A DNA stretch of 64,000 nucleotides from positions 1 to 64,000 of IMG/VR virus record IMGVR_UViG_3300032307_000764. One strand, given 5' to 3'. Under the pieces are notes generated by a model. The model had not been told where the DNA came from, did no database searches, and saw only the letters and a list, made by a program, of their open reading frames with translations. Below, one piece after another: positions 15,661 through 24,835 of the stretch; positions within the stretch are counted from its first letter, which is position 1; each line of letters starts with the position of its first letter. The position numbers and the translations under genes are program-made. This DNA comes from a virus (Duplodnaviria > Caudoviricetes).

Positions 15661-18244
15661 TAATATGAAAGACATGTACAAAGGATATAATCCTATTTAC
15701 GAAAGTTTATTTAACTCGGTTAACGAAGACAAGGAAAAAGGAGCAGACAAAAAAATAAAAGCCCTTGATACAATTTCTGCAGTTTCTACTGCGTTAAATA
15801 CCTTCTTCTCAATCTTAATGAATTCTAAGATGGAGAATGCTAAAACTCCTAGAGGGTTTCAGGAGATAAAAAACAAATTGTTAGGTACTAACAATTTTGG
15901 AGCTTTCAGACAATACTTAATTTCTGTAGTTCAATCTTTAGCAGCTATGGATTTAACACAGAAAGAAGCATATCAAAGAAATATTCAATTTTTAATGGAT
16001 ATTCTTGGAGGTGACGTTGAAATGCTTTTAGGTGACACTAAATTATTCGATAGCCTTAAAAAAGACACCATATCTAAGCTACTTAAAAATTTCGAAAACG
16101 ATCTTAACGATAGAGAGGACCAATTAAGAAAAACTAATCCTAAACTTTTTGGTGACGTTGTTAAACAAGGTCTTGTGGTTAAGGAAGCAAAAAGAACTGG
16201 GGACGAGAGTGATCCAGAAGAAGCAGAGTTTAGAGGTCAGGCATTTAATAAATCTAAAGAGTCTTTAGATGCTGCTAATGCTTTTGTTGGTATGATCGAC
16301 AGAGATAAGTATGTTGCAGTATTAAAAGATAATGCTGACGTAAAAAGATACAAAGAGATCGCTGATGGACTTTATAGAAAAGCTCAGGATCTACAAATGC
16401 TTGATAGATCAGGTGCTTTAGGAGGTAAAGTTGTTACATCTACTGGAGAATTCAAACTAAAAGAATACAAAAGAAAGCAGGATGACCTTATTAACGAGAT
16501 CATTCGTCAAAAAAGTGAATACCAAAGAGTAAAAGACGGAGTTCTTAAACAAGGAGGATTAACACCTCCACCGCCGATTCCTGTTGTTTGTCCTCCAGGA
16601 AAAAAATTCGATACAGCTAAAGGTATATGTGTTGATGCAGGGGGTGGAAGTAACACAGGAGGCGGAACAGGAACAATACCTAAACCAACACCAACACCAG
16701 TATCAGAGTGTAAATTCCCAATTAAATTAGGAACTAAATGTAAGGACGTAGCAACATTACAAAATAAAATGATGTCATTACTTCCTTCAGTTAAAGAATA
16801 CCTTCCTACTGTTGGTGGTGCTGATAAAAAATACGGCAAAGGTACAGCTAAGGTTACAAATATTATTTGGTCTTATCTTACAGGTAATACTTTAGATATT
16901 AAAGGAGATCTTACTAAAGATATGTATGATAGAATCATGGCTTTAACTAGTAATGATATCGATCTTAATTGCTATAATCCAACTACATCTCAAGCTAAAG
17001 AATCTTTAGATTGGGAAATGTCAATCGAAGATAAAATAGAGGAAAGAGAGCAAATCAAAAATGCTCCAGTTCTTTCTTTCGAAGATTTCTATTCAGTTAT
17101 TGAAGAATCTTACAGCTTTGCTAAATTAGACGAACAGGTTTTTGATAGATTGAAAAAGGTACCAATAACTACTATGCCTGTACCAAACCCTGTTAGTACA
17201 GCAGCATTAATAGACTGTTGTGTTAAAGATTCAATTTCACAAGAAGCACTTGCAAATTGTGCGGGATCAGGAGCAACTGGAGGAACAGGTGGTACTGGAG
17301 GAACAGGTGGTACTGGAGGAACAGGAGATCAAGAAGTTAAATGGAAGGGATTAAAACCAGTTAATGACGGAGCTTACACATTATACTTCGACGAAAGTTG
17401 GGCAGATTGGTGGGGAGACGTTGGTAAAGGAGCTTTAATAGCAGGATTGATAACTGGAGCAGCTATAATAACAGGTGGAGCAGTTCTAGCAGTTGCAGCT
17501 CCTTCAGTTTTAGCAGGAACAACAGTAGGTGCAGGAACACTCGCAGCTATGACGACAACAGGTATAGGAAGCACATTGGCAGGTGCTGGTGCTATAGGAA
17601 CAGCAGGTGCTTTAGCTTCTGGAGCTGGTGCTATAACTTTAGCAGCTGGAGCAATAGGAGGTTCAGCAGTTGCTAAATGGGCAGGAGATGATAGAAAACC
17701 AGTTACTGTATTAGTATTTAACGGATATATTGAAAGTATAGCAGTTAAGGCTATGGCAAGGGGATTATACAATAGCTTAGGCGGAACAGTTTCTTCACAA
17801 GATTTATTGGCAATCTATTCTACATTAATATTATGTAGAGGTACATACACTGACGGCGGAGACGGTAAAGCAGCTTCAGTTTGGCAAAAAGTTAAATCTG
17901 ATTATGCAGCATTCGGAGGTGGAGATTTAGGCTCAGATATTAGAGGTATTACTTCTGGAGGTGCAGGAGGATTCTTTAAAGATATCGTAACAGATATGGA
18001 CGAACTTCCTGGATTCCCTATGAGCTTTAAAACTAAAGACCCTACAAATTCAGCAGGTCCTACTACATTCGAAAGTGCAAAAGATGCTTGTGACGAAGCA
18101 ATAGCTAAATTAGATGGTAACTCTACTAAGATGTCTGAGAATCTTAAAAACATCACAGAGGAGGATTTAGAAATGCTTTCTGAAGGTATGGGTGAAATAA
18201 CTGAAAGTGTTGAGAAACAAGTATCAGGGGAATCTGAGGAATAA
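15653..18244 (+). CDS. Large virion-associated protein: helical N-terminus, Cys/Pro linker, peptidoglycan-binding-like segment, long Gly/Ala hydrophobic stretch
   Basis: IKLGTKCKDVATLQ...DKKYGKGT (PGBD-like); about 90-aa GALIAGLITGAAIITGGAVL...AGAIGGSAV stretch; lies immediately upstream of the head genes. Confidence 0.5.
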   Translation: MSNNMKDMYKGYNPIYESLFNSVNEDKEKGADKKIKALDTISAVSTALNTFFSILMNSKMENAKTPRGFQEIKNKLLGTNNFGAFRQYLISVVQSLAAMDLTQKEAYQRNIQFLMDILGGDVEMLLGDTKLFDSLKKDTISKLLKNFENDLNDREDQLRKTNPKLFGDVVKQGLVVKEAKRTGDESDPEEAEFRGQAFNKSKESLDAANAFVGMIDRDKYVAVLKDNADVKRYKEIADGLYRKAQDLQMLDRSGALGGKVVTSTGEFKLKEYKRKQDDLINEIIRQKSEYQRVKDGVLKQGGLTPPPPIPVVCPPGKKFDTAKGICVDAGGGSNTGGGTGTIPKPTPTPVSECKFPIKLGTKCKDVATLQNKMMSLLPSVKEYLPTVGGADKKYGKGTAKVTNIIWSYLTGNTLDIKGDLTKDMYDRIMALTSNDIDLNCYNPTTSQAKESLDWEMSIEDKIEEREQIKNAPVLSFEDFYSVIEESYSFAKLDEQVFDRLKKVPITTMPVPNPVSTAALIDCCVKDSISQEALANCAGSGATGGTGGTGGTGGTGGTGDQEVKWKGLKPVNDGAYTLYFDESWADWWGDVGKGALIAGLITGAAIITGGAVLAVAAPSVLAGTTVGAGTLAAMTTTGIGSTLAGAGAIGTAGALASGAGAITLAAGAIGGSAVAKWAGDDRKPVTVLVFNGYIESIAVKAMARGLYNSLGGTVSSQDLLAIYSTLILCRGTYTDGGDGKAASVWQKVKSDYAAFGGGDLGSDIRGITSGGAGGFFKDIVTDMDELPGFPMSFKTKDPTNSAGPTTFESAKDACDEAIAKLDGNSTKMSENLKNITEEDLEMLSEGMGEITESVEKQVSGESEE

Positions 18245-18246
18245 CG

Positions 18247-18254
18247 GATATATA
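18247..18254 (+). promoter_or_regulatory. Class B motif GATATATA
   Basis: Before the prohead protease ATG at 18267. Confidence 0.6.
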
Positions 18255-18266
18255 AAAAAATAAAAA

Positions 18267-20300
18267 ATGGAAAAAAACCTAGATTACGTTTTAATATTAG
18301 AGAAATCCTCTAAGAATCTTACAACTTCTAAAGAAGGAGGAGATTACTTTCTAGAAGGTGTAGCCGCTGTATTTGGCGTAGAGAACTCTAATCATAGAAT
18401 CTATGAGGAGAACGAATATCTTCCACATCTTGACTATTTGAGAAAAAAGATAGAGCAAAATAGATTAGTTGGTGAATTAGATCACCCTAAAGAATTTGAT
18501 GTATCTTTAAAAAATATCTCTCACGTTATCACAGATTTAGATTACGATAAAGGAAGCAGAGCAGTTAAGATCAAGGTTAAACTTCTTGATACTCCAGCAG
18601 GTAAAATTGCTAAGAGCTTAATCGATGCAGGTATTCCTATTTCTATCTCTTCAAGAGCAGCTGGTAACGTAAAAGAAAATAAAAAAGTTGAAATCAAAAA
18701 GATTTTCACTTATGATTTAGTTGCAGATCCAGGATTTGAAAATGCTCAATTAGAAAGAGTATACGAGAGTTTAGGATCTCATAGCTTATCAGAATCAGTA
18801 AAAGAATCTGTTATTTCTTCATTAATGAACATAAATGAGAGCTTTGGACTTAGAAAAAATTCCAACACTCAGATATATAGAATAAAAGATACGGAGAAGA
18901 TCTCTAAACTTTTAAAAGAAAACACAAATAATTCAAAGAACATGGACAATAACTTTGTCACTGCAGAAGAGCTAAACGAATATTCATTAATCCTTAAGAA
19001 GGAAATGGAGTCACTTAAAAACGAAATTAAATCAGCTAACAAAGGTAATTCTTCAGTTAGCGAATCTAATGATTCAGTTTTAGAAGAAAGAGTACAAAGA
19101 CTTGAAAAATACTCTGAGTATCTTGCTGAAAATTTAGAGTCTTCTATTAAGTACGGAGATTATTTAGCTGAAAACTTAGAAGGATCTATTTCTTACAATA
19201 AGTATTTAGCTGAAAACTTAGACAAAGCTATTTCTTATGCTAAATATTTAGCTGAGCATGTTGATGGTAATATTTCTTATTCTGAGTACATCGCAGAAAA
19301 CTTAGATAACAATATTGCTTACAGCAAATACATCGCAGAAAATCTAGATAAAAATATCTCTTACTCTGAGTATTTAGCTGAGAACTTAGACAAGAACATT
19401 TCTTACTCTGAGTATTTAGCAGAAAACCTAGACAGAAATATTTCTTACTCTGAATACTTAGCAGAAAATTTAGACAGAAACATTTCTTATTCTGACTATT
19501 TAGCTGAGAACTTAGACAAAAACATTTCTTACTCAGACTATTTAGCTGAGAACTTAGACAAAAATATTTCCTACTCTGATTATTTAGGAGAAAAATTAAA
19601 CGGAAATATTAACTACTCAGATTATATCGCTGAGAAAGTTAAAAACAACATAGAGTATGCTGAGTATTTAGCAGAATCTCTAAACGGTGGAGCTTCTAAA
19701 CCTAATCTTACTGCTAAAGTTAATGAATCAATTAACGAAGGCAAAAGAACATCAGGTTTCTCAGGAGACTACAACGGTCTTTCTTCGAAAGTTGACAAAT
19801 TAATCGAATCTGTTAACACACAAAAGACTGACGAAATTATTAATGAAAATAAATATTCTTTCTTAAAACTTGTCGATGACAACACTAAGAAAGGATTCTT
19901 ATCTTTGAACGAGGCCGAAAAACAAAAGGTCGTAAAAGCTCTTAACGAGCACAACTATAATTCGGGTACGGATGTAGTTAACATTATGGGATCTGCTTTA
20001 ACTGAACAAGTTAACTCAGGAACTAAATTCCTTGACATGATGCCAGAAGATTTGGCACCAGCATGGGAAGGTTTAAACGAATCACAGAAAGCATCTATTA
20101 TTGCTCAAAGTAAATTCTACAAACTTGACACTGCTTATCAAATCAATCACTTCTGGAAAACGAGAGGACTTTCAGCTCCACAAGCTAACTTAGAACAGCT
20201 AAACGAATCTCAAGAAGCTAACAAACCTGTAGTTAATGCAGTTAGCAATAGCTATATGCAAAACATCGCAGCAGAGTTAGAAAAAAGATTTAAAAAATAA
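18267..20300 (+). CDS. gp21: T4 gp21-like prohead protease fused to a gp22-like scaffold
   Basis: LEGV...NSNHRIY...GELDHP (His)...LLDTPAG...ISSRAAG (Ser)...TYDLVADPGF; repetitive coiled-coil C-terminal half; directly upstream of the capsid gene. Confidence 0.9.
   Translation: MEKNLDYVLILEKSSKNLTTSKEGGDYFLEGVAAVFGVENSNHRIYEENEYLPHLDYLRKKIEQNRLVGELDHPKEFDVSLKNISHVITDLDYDKGSRAVKIKVKLLDTPAGKIAKSLIDAGIPISISSRAAGNVKENKKVEIKKIFTYDLVADPGFENAQLERVYESLGSHSLSESVKESVISSLMNINESFGLRKNSNTQIYRIKDTEKISKLLKENTNNSKNMDNNFVTAEELNEYSLILKKEMESLKNEIKSANKGNSSVSESNDSVLEERVQRLEKYSEYLAENLESSIKYGDYLAENLEGSISYNKYLAENLDKAISYAKYLAEHVDGNISYSEYIAENLDNNIAYSKYIAENLDKNISYSEYLAENLDKNISYSEYLAENLDRNISYSEYLAENLDRNISYSDYLAENLDKNISYSDYLAENLDKNISYSDYLGEKLNGNINYSDYIAEKVKNNIEYAEYLAESLNGGASKPNLTAKVNESINEGKRTSGFSGDYNGLSSKVDKLIESVNTQKTDEIINENKYSFLKLVDDNTKKGFLSLNEAEKQKVVKALNEHNYNSGTDVVNIMGSALTEQVNSGTKFLDMMPEDLAPAWEGLNESQKASIIAQSKFYKLDTAYQINHFWKTRGLSAPQANLEQLNESQEANKPVVNAVSNSYMQNIAAELEKRFKK
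18872..18888 (+). promoter_or_regulatory. Class B extended motif GATATATAGAATAAAAG inside the protease gene
   Basis: Identical 17-mer to the intergenic copies at 22112 and 32003; in-frame ATG at 18942. Confidence 0.55.
19110..19688 (+). repeat. 14 tandem copies of a 42-bp (14-aa) unit, YSEYLAENLDKNIS
   Basis: Copy 1 at 19110 and copy 14 at 19656, an exact 42-bp period; in frame within the protease-scaffold gene. Confidence 0.95.
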
Positions 20301-20314
20301 ATAATCTATAAAAA

Positions 20315-22039
20315 ATGGAACTCTTAAATCAAAATGAGATCTACGAAACATGGTCTCCAATCATTGAGAGTAAGACCGGTATGACGGATCGTACAAAGGT
20401 AGAATGGTTATCTAAATATTGCCACTTCCACTCATTAAACGAGTCAGCTGGAGCTTACAACACTTTAGGTGCTATGAACGGTCAAGGAAGCGTACTTCCT
20501 GCAGGTAACTACCAAGGTGGTGCTGCTGGAGCTGGTCCTGCTGGTTTCTACTACAACAACACTTACAACGCTGGTCGTCCATACGTTGGTTCTGGTGATA
20601 AATTCCCATCATTACTTCCATTGGCTATTCAGGTAGCTGCTAAAACCGTAGGTTTTGACATCGTTCCTGTTATCCCAATGAGTGGTCCTACAGGAGTATT
20701 ATCTTACTTAGACTACGTATATGCTGGTGGTACTTTAACTGGTACATCAACAGATGCTACTAACAACTACACTTCTAATACGCCGGATCTTATCAAAGTT
20801 CCTACGTCTATTGCTTCACCTGCAACAGCTTTAGCTGTAGGTACAGTTTATTACCTTTACGTTGAAAGCGTACCTGGTACATATGCTACTACTAAATTCG
20901 TTGGTTACTCTCGTATCGATGGTTTCCCTATCTTCCAAGTTACTGCTATGACTTCAGGAGCTTCAATTGCTGCAGTTGTTACAGCTGCTTCAGTAATCGC
21001 TACTTCAGCAGGTTCAGGTGTAGTTGGATACGCTAACGGAAACGCGGTATTAGTTAAAACTTTAGAAGATCACATCCAAGGTTTCTCTGGTGCTGGTCCT
21101 GAAAACACTAACAACTGGCAAGGTCCTTACGTAGATGGTACTGCTAACTACGATCCTATGTTAAGAGGAGTTGGTGAGTCTACTTACTACAAATCTTTAG
21201 GTTTATCTACGTTCACTAAGTTCGTTGAGGCTGGTACTTTCCAAGTTGCTGCTTCTGTTACTACTGAGCAAATCCAAGACCTTAACAAGCAATTCGGTAT
21301 CGACGTAGTTTCTATGATCGAGAACGCACTTGTTAACGAGGTTTCTCAAGCTATTAACAAGCACATCTTATCAAGAGGTTTTGCTCTTGGTTGGTCAAAC
21401 CACTCTCAGTTCTACTTAACTGAAAGTACAAACCTTAACCTTAACTTAGTTATCGGTGGTGCTGCTACTTACGTAGTTCCTAACTACATCGGTAAAATGG
21501 GTACTGCTATCACAGGTGGTTCTAAACCAGGTGCAGTAGCTGGTCCAGCTTCAGGTACTTTCGAGAACTTATCAACAGTTCAAAGAAGACTTTACAGCCG
21601 TATCTTAGCAGCTGCTAACGTAGTAGCTAACAGAGGTCGTAGAGGTCCTGCTAACTTCATCGTTACAAACTCTCAAATTGCGTCTGCATTACAAGACATC
21701 AGTCAGTTTACATTCGCTCCGTTTACTAACACACTTACTCAAAACAACGGTACATTATACCCTGTAGGTTCACTTGCTGGTATGACTGTATATGTTGATC
21801 AAAACATGTCATTCGGTGACACTAGAGTATTAGTTGGTAGAAAAGGTGCTGATGATGAGCCAGGTATGAAATTCATGCCTTACATGATGGCAGAATCAAT
21901 CCAAACAATCTCTGAAGGTACTATGTCTCCTAAGATCGCGGTTAAATCTCGTTACTCTTTAGTTGAGGCTGGTCACTTACCAGAAACAATGTATTTCACA
22001 TTCCACGTTAACACTGGAACTGCTACTGCTATTATCTAA
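20315..22039 (+). CDS. gp23: Major capsid protein, T4 gp23-like
   Basis: FDIVPVIPMSGPTG (cf. gp23 FDICGVQPM..PTG), PGMKFMPY, SPKIAVKSRY; strong high-expression codon bias; followed by a terminator. Confidence 0.92.
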   Translation: MELLNQNEIYETWSPIIESKTGMTDRTKVEWLSKYCHFHSLNESAGAYNTLGAMNGQGSVLPAGNYQGGAAGAGPAGFYYNNTYNAGRPYVGSGDKFPSLLPLAIQVAAKTVGFDIVPVIPMSGPTGVLSYLDYVYAGGTLTGTSTDATNNYTSNTPDLIKVPTSIASPATALAVGTVYYLYVESVPGTYATTKFVGYSRIDGFPIFQVTAMTSGASIAAVVTAASVIATSAGSGVVGYANGNAVLVKTLEDHIQGFSGAGPENTNNWQGPYVDGTANYDPMLRGVGESTYYKSLGLSTFTKFVEAGTFQVAASVTTEQIQDLNKQFGIDVVSMIENALVNEVSQAINKHILSRGFALGWSNHSQFYLTESTNLNLNLVIGGAATYVVPNYIGKMGTAITGGSKPGAVAGPASGTFENLSTVQRRLYSRILAAANVVANRGRRGPANFIVTNSQIASALQDISQFTFAPFTNTLTQNNGTLYPVGSLAGMTVYVDQNMSFGDTRVLVGRKGADDEPGMKFMPYMMAESIQTISEGTMSPKIAVKSRYSLVEAGHLPETMYFTFHVNTGTATAII

Positions 22040-22063
22040 TCGATATAAGTAGATAAATACTAG

Positions 22064-22093
22064 AAAAGGGTCTCTTCGGAGACCTTTTTCTTT
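22064..22093 (+). terminator. Intrinsic terminator with a cUUCGg tetraloop
   Basis: GGTCTC-TTCG-GAGACC followed by TTTTTCTTT, just after the capsid gene. Confidence 0.9.
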
Positions 22094-22111
22094 GTTTCAG
22101 GGTTTGGTTTG

Positions 22112-22128
22112 GATATATAGAATAAAAG
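22112..22128 (+). promoter_or_regulatory. Class B extended motif GATATATAGAATAAAAG
   Basis: Between the capsid-gene terminator and the ATG at 22136. Confidence 0.65.
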
Positions 22129-22135
22129 CGTAGAA

Positions 22136-23116
22136 ATGTTATTTGAAAATCTAAACCAATACCAAAAAGCTAAACAAACTCTATTAGAAAACGAAAGAGA
22201 TATAGATTTAACTGTTAATATACTAAAGCAATCCCCATTGTTTTCTAATTTATCAGAAGGTGAAATCATATCTGGAGTATCTCAACTTAATGAAGGACTC
22301 GGAGATACGATTGCTAATTTCATAGGTGGAGCATTTGGAGGTGATATCTCCAAGATCAAGACTGTACTTACTCAGATGAAAGAGCAAGAGCTTAAATTCA
22401 ACAGGGAGGAATACGAGATCTATAACGAATTCTACAGAACTCTAGAGGATCAAAAAGCTCTAGAAAAAGACAAAAATAATCCTAGCTATCAGGCTTTAAA
22501 TAAAGATATCATGCAATACAGAAATGGATTGAACATGAGAATGAAAGAGCTTACTAAATCTCATAATGAGATATTTAATGCTCTAGAAAGTAAAATCAAA
22601 GATCTAGTAGGAGACAACAAAAGAAAGAAGAAATATTTCAATGCTCAGAGAGCTACTGATGTACTAGAAACTAGAAATGATAGATACGAAAAGATTAAGT
22701 CAGTAACTGCAAGAAGTGCTTCAAGGTCTAGCGATTTAGAAAGCTTCTTTGGTGTTACAGTAGACGATGCTAAAAAAGATGCTGACGATGCAAAAACAAA
22801 AGCAAATAAAGCTGTAGAAAACTTAGAAAAAACACAACAGGTTAATCCTAGTGCAGCTCCAATTTCAAAGGAAAAATATTCAAAAGATCCGCAAAAGTCA
22901 TTTTTTGAAAGATTTGATAAAATAAGAAGTAGCGTAGGAGGATTTTATTCTAAGAGAAACGATCTTACTAAATTAAGAGATGATATCTACAACGAAATGA
23001 TATCAGATGGTGGTAAAAAACACGATAGAAATACTCTCCTAGAACTTAATACCATATTTTCACAGGTAGAAAATCTTTATACTACACTGGAGAAAGAGGA
23101 AATGAAAGCAAAATAA
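22136..23116 (+). CDS. Coiled-coil hypothetical protein, candidate internal head/ejection protein
   Basis: Follows a GATATATAGAATAAAAG motif; contains LNE-GLGDTIANFIGGAFGG; N-terminal similarity to 23117 and 31992. Confidence 0.55.
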   Translation: MLFENLNQYQKAKQTLLENERDIDLTVNILKQSPLFSNLSEGEIISGVSQLNEGLGDTIANFIGGAFGGDISKIKTVLTQMKEQELKFNREEYEIYNEFYRTLEDQKALEKDKNNPSYQALNKDIMQYRNGLNMRMKELTKSHNEIFNALESKIKDLVGDNKRKKKYFNAQRATDVLETRNDRYEKIKSVTARSASRSSDLESFFGVTVDDAKKDADDAKTKANKAVENLEKTQQVNPSAAPISKEKYSKDPQKSFFERFDKIRSSVGGFYSKRNDLTKLRDDIYNEMISDGGKKHDRNTLLELNTIFSQVENLYTTLEKEEMKAK

Positions 23117-23992
23117 ATGAAAAGAATTAAACGTTTAGAAGAATTTGAAAGCCTTAACGAGGGTATTCTTTCATCTATATTTGGTGGAATAGGTAGCTTG
23201 TTTACTAGTAGAAAAACAAAAGTTGAATCTTTATTAAAGAATATACGTAAAGCTAGAGAAGAAGATATTAATAACACTATTAATCTAGAGAAAGAGATAT
23301 GGAATTTACCAAAGGATAATACTCCAGAGTATAAATTTACAGTAAGCAACCTAAATAGACAACAAAGAACCTACAGTTCTCTTAAAGGACAGGAGATTAA
23401 TTCGTTAATGAAGGAAGCTGATAGACTAATAGAGGGAGATCCTAAACTACAAGCTATGTTTAGTTCAGGTCTTGCACAAATAGAAGCAGAGAGCACAGAA
23501 AAGCTAATTAAAAACATTAGACCCTACAAGGATCAGACATATTTGGATAAACTAAATAAAGAATTCGACACTTTAGTGAAGGATGCAAATAAAAAGACAA
23601 CTTATTACGAAGGTATTAAAGATAACGATGGATATGCTCCTAGACCACAAATTCCTAATAATGTTAGCAACGACACTTTAACATTCATAGATATGAGTGC
23701 ACAAGAAGCTACTCTTTTTTCTAAAAATCTTTCAGATAAAGAGCTTTCTAGATATCACCAGGAGATAAGGGAGTTCTATTACGAACTAGAATTCAAATAT
23801 GATGAATCTATAAAGAACCTCAAAAAAGATATCAGAAAAGCATACAAAGAGGGACAAGATTGGCTAGTTAATTCCTTAGAGAAAGAAGAAGTTAATATCA
23901 GATACAAGATGAAAAAACCTATAGACAGACTTAAACAAAGAATAGTAACTATAGAGAAAGAAATTAAATCTAGAAGATATGCGAATTACTAA
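23117..23992 (+). CDS. Coiled-coil hypothetical protein, probable paralog of 22136
   Basis: MKRIKRLEEFESLNE-GILSSIFGGIGSLF. Confidence 0.55.
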   Translation: MKRIKRLEEFESLNEGILSSIFGGIGSLFTSRKTKVESLLKNIRKAREEDINNTINLEKEIWNLPKDNTPEYKFTVSNLNRQQRTYSSLKGQEINSLMKEADRLIEGDPKLQAMFSSGLAQIEAESTEKLIKNIRPYKDQTYLDKLNKEFDTLVKDANKKTTYYEGIKDNDGYAPRPQIPNNVSNDTLTFIDMSAQEATLFSKNLSDKELSRYHQEIREFYYELEFKYDESIKNLKKDIRKAYKEGQDWLVNSLEKEEVNIRYKMKKPIDRLKQRIVTIEKEIKSRRYANY

Positions 23993-24263
23993 GATAAAAG
24001 ATTTTGTTTTAGAACAAGAATCTACACAGCAAAAAGTTAAGGATCTACAGGCTAAGACTACTATAGAAAAAGAACTGATGGAGATAGACAAGCGTATATC
24101 AGATTCAGATCTTGCTATAGCTAATCTAGGTAAAAGAGAAAAGGATGGATCTTTAAGTAAAAGCGAATCGTGGGGACAACAAGCAATTGAACTACAAAAG
24201 AAAGTTGCTGAATACCAGAAAAAATCTGCAGCTTATAAAAAGATGGAATCCCTTACCAAATAA
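23979..24263 (+). CDS. Small coiled-coil protein with a capsid-targeting-like N-terminus
   Basis: MRITKIKDFVLEQE. Confidence 0.55.
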   Translation: MRITKIKDFVLEQESTQQKVKDLQAKTTIEKELMEIDKRISDSDLAIANLGKREKDGSLSKSESWGQQAIELQKKVAEYQKKSAAYKKMESLTK

Positions 24264-24271
24264 GATATATA
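24264..24271 (+). promoter_or_regulatory. Class B motif GATATATA
   Basis: Before the ATG at 24290. Confidence 0.55.
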
Positions 24272-24289
24272 ACAAATAAAAGAATTAAG

Positions 24290-24820
24290 ATGAATAATCC
24301 ATATTTAGGTTACAATCCGGTCTTCGAGCAACTTGCAGAAACAGCCAGAAATAACAGTAACAAATTACAAGAGGCTGCTGGAGATATAGATGCAAAAGAA
24401 ACACAAGAATATCTAGGTCTAATCATAGATACGCTCTCCAATAACGTTCTTAAGTTTATAGGATCTGTACCGTATCAGGATTTAAAAACACAGATATATC
24501 CAGGAGCTTTAGAGAAATATTTAAAACTTTCTAACAACGCATCAATAAGAGATTTGTTTACAAATCTTTATGCTATATGGAAAGATTCAATAGAAAAAAT
24601 TAAAGGATCTAAATATAAAGGATCTGCAGATTTCATTAAAATATACGCCGATGCTAACGCAGGAATTGATAAGATCATGCAATCATGGGCAGCATTACAA
24701 ACTAAAGCAGGAAACATTTTACAAGATCCGGCTTTAGTAGAATTTGCTAATTCTAAAATGCAAACAATAGTTTCTTCGGTTCAATCATCTTTGGATGCTG
24801 CTAAGACAACCTTATCATAA
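24290..24820 (+). CDS. Hypothetical helical protein
   Basis: GATATATA upstream; N-terminal YLGYNPVFEQL is shared with the 15653 protein (YKGYNPIYESL). Confidence 0.6.
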   Translation: MNNPYLGYNPVFEQLAETARNNSNKLQEAAGDIDAKETQEYLGLIIDTLSNNVLKFIGSVPYQDLKTQIYPGALEKYLKLSNNASIRDLFTNLYAIWKDSIEKIKGSKYKGSADFIKIYADANAGIDKIMQSWAALQTKAGNILQDPALVEFANSKMQTIVSSVQSSLDAAKTTLS

Positions 24821-24835
24821 ATATAAAAATATAAA

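Noticed and set aside
17276-17326. 18-bp GGT-encoding microrepeat
   Set aside because: An ordinary flexible Gly/Thr linker inside the 863-aa protein, not a separate element
19110-19688. 42-bp repeats (and the 69-bp repeats at 57163) as a CRISPR array
   Set aside because: Head-to-tail in-frame coding repeats varying at synonymous sites, with no unique spacers and no cas genes
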